Assembly (NCBI GenBank): GCA_964470695.1
Contig: CAYYDR010000002.1
Coordinates: forward strand, 266,401-313,167
Source of the DNA: an uncultured Gammaproteobacteria bacterium
GTDB lineage: Bacteria > Patescibacteriota > Patescibacteriia > Patescibacteriales > UBA12465
DNA: 46,767 nucleotides
Reading direction: 5' to 3'
Position 1 is the first letter of the stretch, and each line of letters opens with the position of its first letter. Of the stretch, positions 43,708 through 46,767 are shown one piece after another. The notes below the pieces were generated by a model. The model was not told the origin of the DNA. It worked only from the letters and a program-made list of their open reading frames with translations, and did no database searches. Both the position numbers and the translations under genes were made by a program.

Positions 43708-44934
43708 ATGCGTCAAACCCAGCTTTTCACTAAAACTATTAAAGAATTGCCTAAGGATGAGACTAGCTATAATGCCCAGGCTCTAATTAGAGCCGGCTTT
43801 ATTGATAAGGTTGGAGCCGGTATTTACTCTTATTTGCCGCTCGGTAAGCGCGTTTTAGATAAAATCTGCCAGGTTGTCCGTGAAGAAATGAATAGAATAG
43901 GCGGACAGGAGATTTTAATGACTGGCCTTATTCCGAAAGAGAACTGGGAGGCGACAGGGCGCTGGGCTTCTTTTGATGCCTTATTCCGTTTATCAGGTAA
44001 TGATGAGAAGCAATATGCCTTGGGCGCTACTCACGAAGAAGTAGTGACCCCGCTGGCTAAAAAATTTATTTTTTCTTATAAGGATTTACCTTTTGGCGTT
44101 TATCAAATTCAAACTAAGTTCCGTAACGAAAAGAGAGCTAAGGCCGGCTTATTGCGCGGTCGGGAATTTTTAATGAAAGATTTATATTCTTTCCATGTTG
44201 ATCAGGCCGATTTGGACGCTTATTATGATAAAGCCATTAAGGCTTATAAAGAAATTTATAATCGCCTTGGACTAGGAGATATTACTTATGTTACTTATGC
44301 TTCGGGCGGGTCATTCGCTAAATATTCTCATGAATTCCAAACGGTAGCAGAGGCAGGCGAGGATTTAATTTATATTTGCGAGAAATGCCATATCGCCGTT
44401 AATAAGGAGATTATCAGCGAGCAAGATTCTTGCCCTTTATGCGGCAATAAAGAATTAAAGGAGCAGAAGGCTATTGAAGTCGGCAATATTTTTAAACTAG
44501 GCACGAAATTCTCCGATCCTTTTGGCTTAAAGTATAAAGATGAGTCGGGCAAAGAAAATTTAGCCATCATGGGCTGTTATGGGATTGGCCCTAGTCGTTT
44601 ACTAGGGACTATTGTAGAAACTTTCCATGATGCTAAGGGCATGTTATGGCCGGAAAATATCGCTCCTTATAAGATTCATCTTTTGTCTCTGAAAGAAAAT
44701 AAAGCGGCGGATGAAATTTATAATAAATTAACCGCGGCCGGTTTGGAGATTTTGTATGATGACCGGGATTTATCGGCGGGTGAAAAATTTGCCGATGCTG
44801 ATTTAATCGGTTGCCCCTATCGTCTAGTAGTTAGCGCCAAAACCTTAAAAGAAGGCAGCCTGGAATTAAAACAGCGGGCTAGCGCGGATAGCGAGCTAGT
44901 TAAAATTGAAGAGTTAGTTGCTAAATTAAAATAA
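43708..44934 (+). CDS. proS: prolyl-tRNA synthetase, bacterial-type core lacking the INS editing domain
   Basis: MRQTQLFTKTIKE.P.D....S..LLIRAGFI, motif 2 FRNEKRAKAGLLRGREFLMKD and motif 3 GCYGIGPSRL. Only 408 aa, with CEKC..CPLC where the INS domain would be. Confidence 0.9.
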   Translation: MRQTQLFTKTIKELPKDETSYNAQALIRAGFIDKVGAGIYSYLPLGKRVLDKICQVVREEMNRIGGQEILMTGLIPKENWEATGRWASFDALFRLSGNDEKQYALGATHEEVVTPLAKKFIFSYKDLPFGVYQIQTKFRNEKRAKAGLLRGREFLMKDLYSFHVDQADLDAYYDKAIKAYKEIYNRLGLGDITYVTYASGGSFAKYSHEFQTVAEAGEDLIYICEKCHIAVNKEIISEQDSCPLCGNKELKEQKAIEVGNIFKLGTKFSDPFGLKYKDESGKENLAIMGCYGIGPSRLLGTIVETFHDAKGMLWPENIAPYKIHLLSLKENKAADEIYNKLTAAGLEILYDDRDLSAGEKFADADLIGCPYRLVVSAKTLKEGSLELKQRASADSELVKIEELVAKLK

Positions 44935-44937
44935 ATT

Positions 44938-45978
44938 ATGTTTAAGAATTTTTTAGGAAAATTTAGCCATGACCTAGGGATAGATTTAGGAACTAAGAAT
45001 ACTTTGGTTTATGTTGCCGATAAAGGTTTGGTTATTAATGAGCCGAGCGTGGTGGCTATTAATAAGCGGACTAATGAAATTTTAGAGGTAGGCGAAGCGG
45101 CTAAGAAAATGGTTGGGAAAACCCCGGGCCATATTGAGGCGATTAAGCCGTTAGTGGAGGGGATTATTTCTGATTTTGAAGTGACGGAAAAAATGCTTAA
45201 ATATTTTATTAATAAAGTTCAGAGTGAAAATTTTACTTTAATTTCTCGTCCTCGGGTAGTTATTGGCATCCCGCTAGATTTAACTGAGGTAGAAAAAAAA
45301 GCGGTTGAAGACGCGGCCAAGTCTGCCGGTGCCCGCAAAGTCTATTTAATTGAGGAAGCGATGGCTTCAGCGATTGGCGCTCGTTTGCCGGTTACGGAAG
45401 CGACCGCAACCATGATTGTTGACATCGGCGGTGGCACTACGGAGATTGCCGTTATTTCCTTGGGTGGAGTAGTAACTTGGAAATCTCTTAAAGCGGCCGG
45501 CAATGAATTTGATAATAATATTATTGAGTATGTCCGAGAAGAATTTAATATCTTAATTGGCGAACAGCTAGCAGAAAGCATTAAAATCGCGGTCGGCTCC
45601 GCCGTTCCTTTAGACGCGCCCCAGGAGATAGAAGTACGCGGACGCGATCTTTTAACCGGCCTGCCTAAGGCGCTCATGGTTAGCGATAAGCAAATCAGGG
45701 AAGCAATTAGCCGGACCGTTATTAAGATTATTGAAAATATTAAAACTATTTTAGAGACGACCCCGCCAGAGTTGGTGTCGGATATTTACGAGCGGGGCTT
45801 ATTTTTATCCGGTGGCGGCGCCTTGCTCCGCGGTTTAGATAAAGCTATTTCCGCAGCCACCAAAATTCCGGTTAAGATCGTTGATGATCCGCTGACCTGC
45901 GTCGCTCGCGGTACCGGACTTCTGCTAGGCAACAAGGAATTACTAGAAAAAGTCGTTCTTCCTAGTAGTACTGATTAA
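44938..45978 (+). CDS. mreB: rod shape-determining protein MreB
   Basis: DLGIDLGTKNTLVY, EPSVVAI, IVDIGGGTTEIAV and LSGGGALLRGLD. Confidence 0.95.
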   Translation: MFKNFLGKFSHDLGIDLGTKNTLVYVADKGLVINEPSVVAINKRTNEILEVGEAAKKMVGKTPGHIEAIKPLVEGIISDFEVTEKMLKYFINKVQSENFTLISRPRVVIGIPLDLTEVEKKAVEDAAKSAGARKVYLIEEAMASAIGARLPVTEATATMIVDIGGGTTEIAVISLGGVVTWKSLKAAGNEFDNNIIEYVREEFNILIGEQLAESIKIAVGSAVPLDAPQEIEVRGRDLLTGLPKALMVSDKQIREAISRTVIKIIENIKTILETTPPELVSDIYERGLFLSGGGALLRGLDKAISAATKIPVKIVDDPLTCVARGTGLLLGNKELLEKVVLPSSTD

Positions 45979-45980
45979 TT

Positions 45981-46767
45981 ATGATAAGGCTTAAAAAGAA
46001 TAATCCGCTTTTAATTCTTTTAGTAGTAGTCGGACTACTGCTTTTTTTACATGGGATAGGCGTGATTCGCCCCTTAGAAAATTTAGCTCTTTATTTGATA
46101 AAGCCGGCGACTAGCCGTCTTTATTCTTGGGGGCTATCTTTCCGCCGGTCTTATGAAGGGGAAACCGACCAATTTAAGTTAAATGCTCAGGTTGACGCTT
46201 TGTCACGCGAAGTGGCTAGGTTAACTGTTCTGAACTCTAAATGCGCGGAAATATCTGCTGATAATGAAAAATTGAGGAAGGCCTGGCAATTTTTTGGCGA
46301 CCGGGAGAATCGTCCGATAGCCGCCGCGGTCTTAGCTAAAGAGTCTTCCAGCGATGATAGCCAGGGTTTATTAATTGATAAAGGAGTTAAAGATGGTTTA
46401 CGTTCGGGGCTCGCGGTAATCAATGAGTCCGGCGTGGTAGTTGGTAAAATAGTAGAAACAAAAGATGTGACGGCTAGAGTTTGTTTAACTACTAGTCCGA
46501 ATTGTCAATTGGCCGCCGCTATTCAAAATCAAAACAAAACCCAGGGAATCACCGATGGCGATTTAGGCTTAACTATTAAAATGAACTATATTCCGCAGTT
46601 GGAGAAAGTTGTCGCGGGAGATATTGTCATTAGTTCTGGTCTGGGTTCTGATATCCCCCGCGGTTTAGTGATTGGACGCGTTTCTCAGGTCAGAAATGAA
46701 AGTAATGAAGTCTGGCAGGAGGCGACTATAGAGCCGTTAGTAAATTTTAATGATTTGACGGTGGTTT
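45981..46767 (+). CDS. mreC: rod shape-determining protein MreC, 3'-truncated by window edge
   Basis: Not in the ORF track because it has no stop. My translation from ATG 45981 gives MIRLKKNNPLLILLVVVGLLLF (TM), a coiled coil LNAQVDALSREVARL, then GDIVISSGLGSDIPRGLVIGRV, the MreC signature. Directly follows mreB. Confidence 0.8.
   Translation, partial: MIRLKKNNPLLILLVVVGLLLFLHGIGVIRPLENLALYLIKPATSRLYSWGLSFRRSYEGETDQFKLNAQVDALSREVARLTVLNSKCAEISADNEKLRKAWQFFGDRENRPIAAAVLAKESSSDDSQGLLIDKGVKDGLRSGLAVINESGVVVGKIVETKDVTARVCLTTSPNCQLAAAIQNQNKTQGITDGDLGLTIKMNYIPQLEKVVAGDIVISSGLGSDIPRGLVIGRVSQVRNESNEVWQEATIEPLVNFNDLTVV

Noticed and set aside
1-46767. Prophage, integrative element, transposon, CRISPR-Cas or toxin-antitoxin modules.
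   Set aside because: No integrase, transposase, Cas, terminase or portal-like ORFs are present, and there are no direct-repeat/spacer arrays or flanking tRNA. The only mobile-like or defence-like content I can support is the R-M pair and the two orphan cassettes.

Overview
A 46.8 kb, roughly 40% GC (estimated by eye), very gene-dense bacterial chromosome segment. It holds about 49 protein genes, mostly in same-strand arrays with 0-15 nt spacers or 4-nt ATGA overlaps. I found no rRNA, tRNA, CRISPR array, transposase or integrase. TGA acts as a stop codon (standard code 11).

Housekeeping genes I recognise with confidence are secA, ileS, proS, frr, hpf, ruvA, holB, mreB, mreC (3'-truncated) and an RseP-type site-2 protease. 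Gene content, small gene sizes, the near absence of Shine-Dalgarno motifs and a characteristic C-terminal repeat on a large surface protein suggest a Patescibacteria/CPR-like organism; this is inference only.

Accessory content:
- A surface-glycan locus of about 10 kb (10.2-20.5 kb): flippase, GT4, four GT2, a GT11 fucosyltransferase, two SAM methyltransferases, an epimerase and a priming phosphotransferase. It sits next to an 876-aa secreted multi-repeat protein.
- A tight nucleotide-housecleaning array: Nudix, CaCA exchanger, APH-like kinase, Nudix with a SEC-C tail, HIT, methyltransferase.
- The most unusual element: a restriction-modification pair at 2450-4660. Its methyltransferase is fused in-frame to a complete, apparently cleavage-competent LexA repressor.

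Supporting an active restriction enzyme, the tetranucleotide TCGA (the TaqI site) occurs only 4 times in the window, although other CG-containing words are abundant.

Other observations:
- Four operon heads place an extended -10 (TGnTATAAT) 6-8 nt from the ATG, implying leaderless mRNAs.
- An out-of-frame vestigial copy of the SecA zinc-binding tail lies just after the secA stop.
- ProRS lacks the INS editing domain and carries a mini zinc ribbon in its place.
- A ~100-bp imperfect palindrome fills the U32-ruvA spacer.
- Two insulated orphan genes have canonical promoters.
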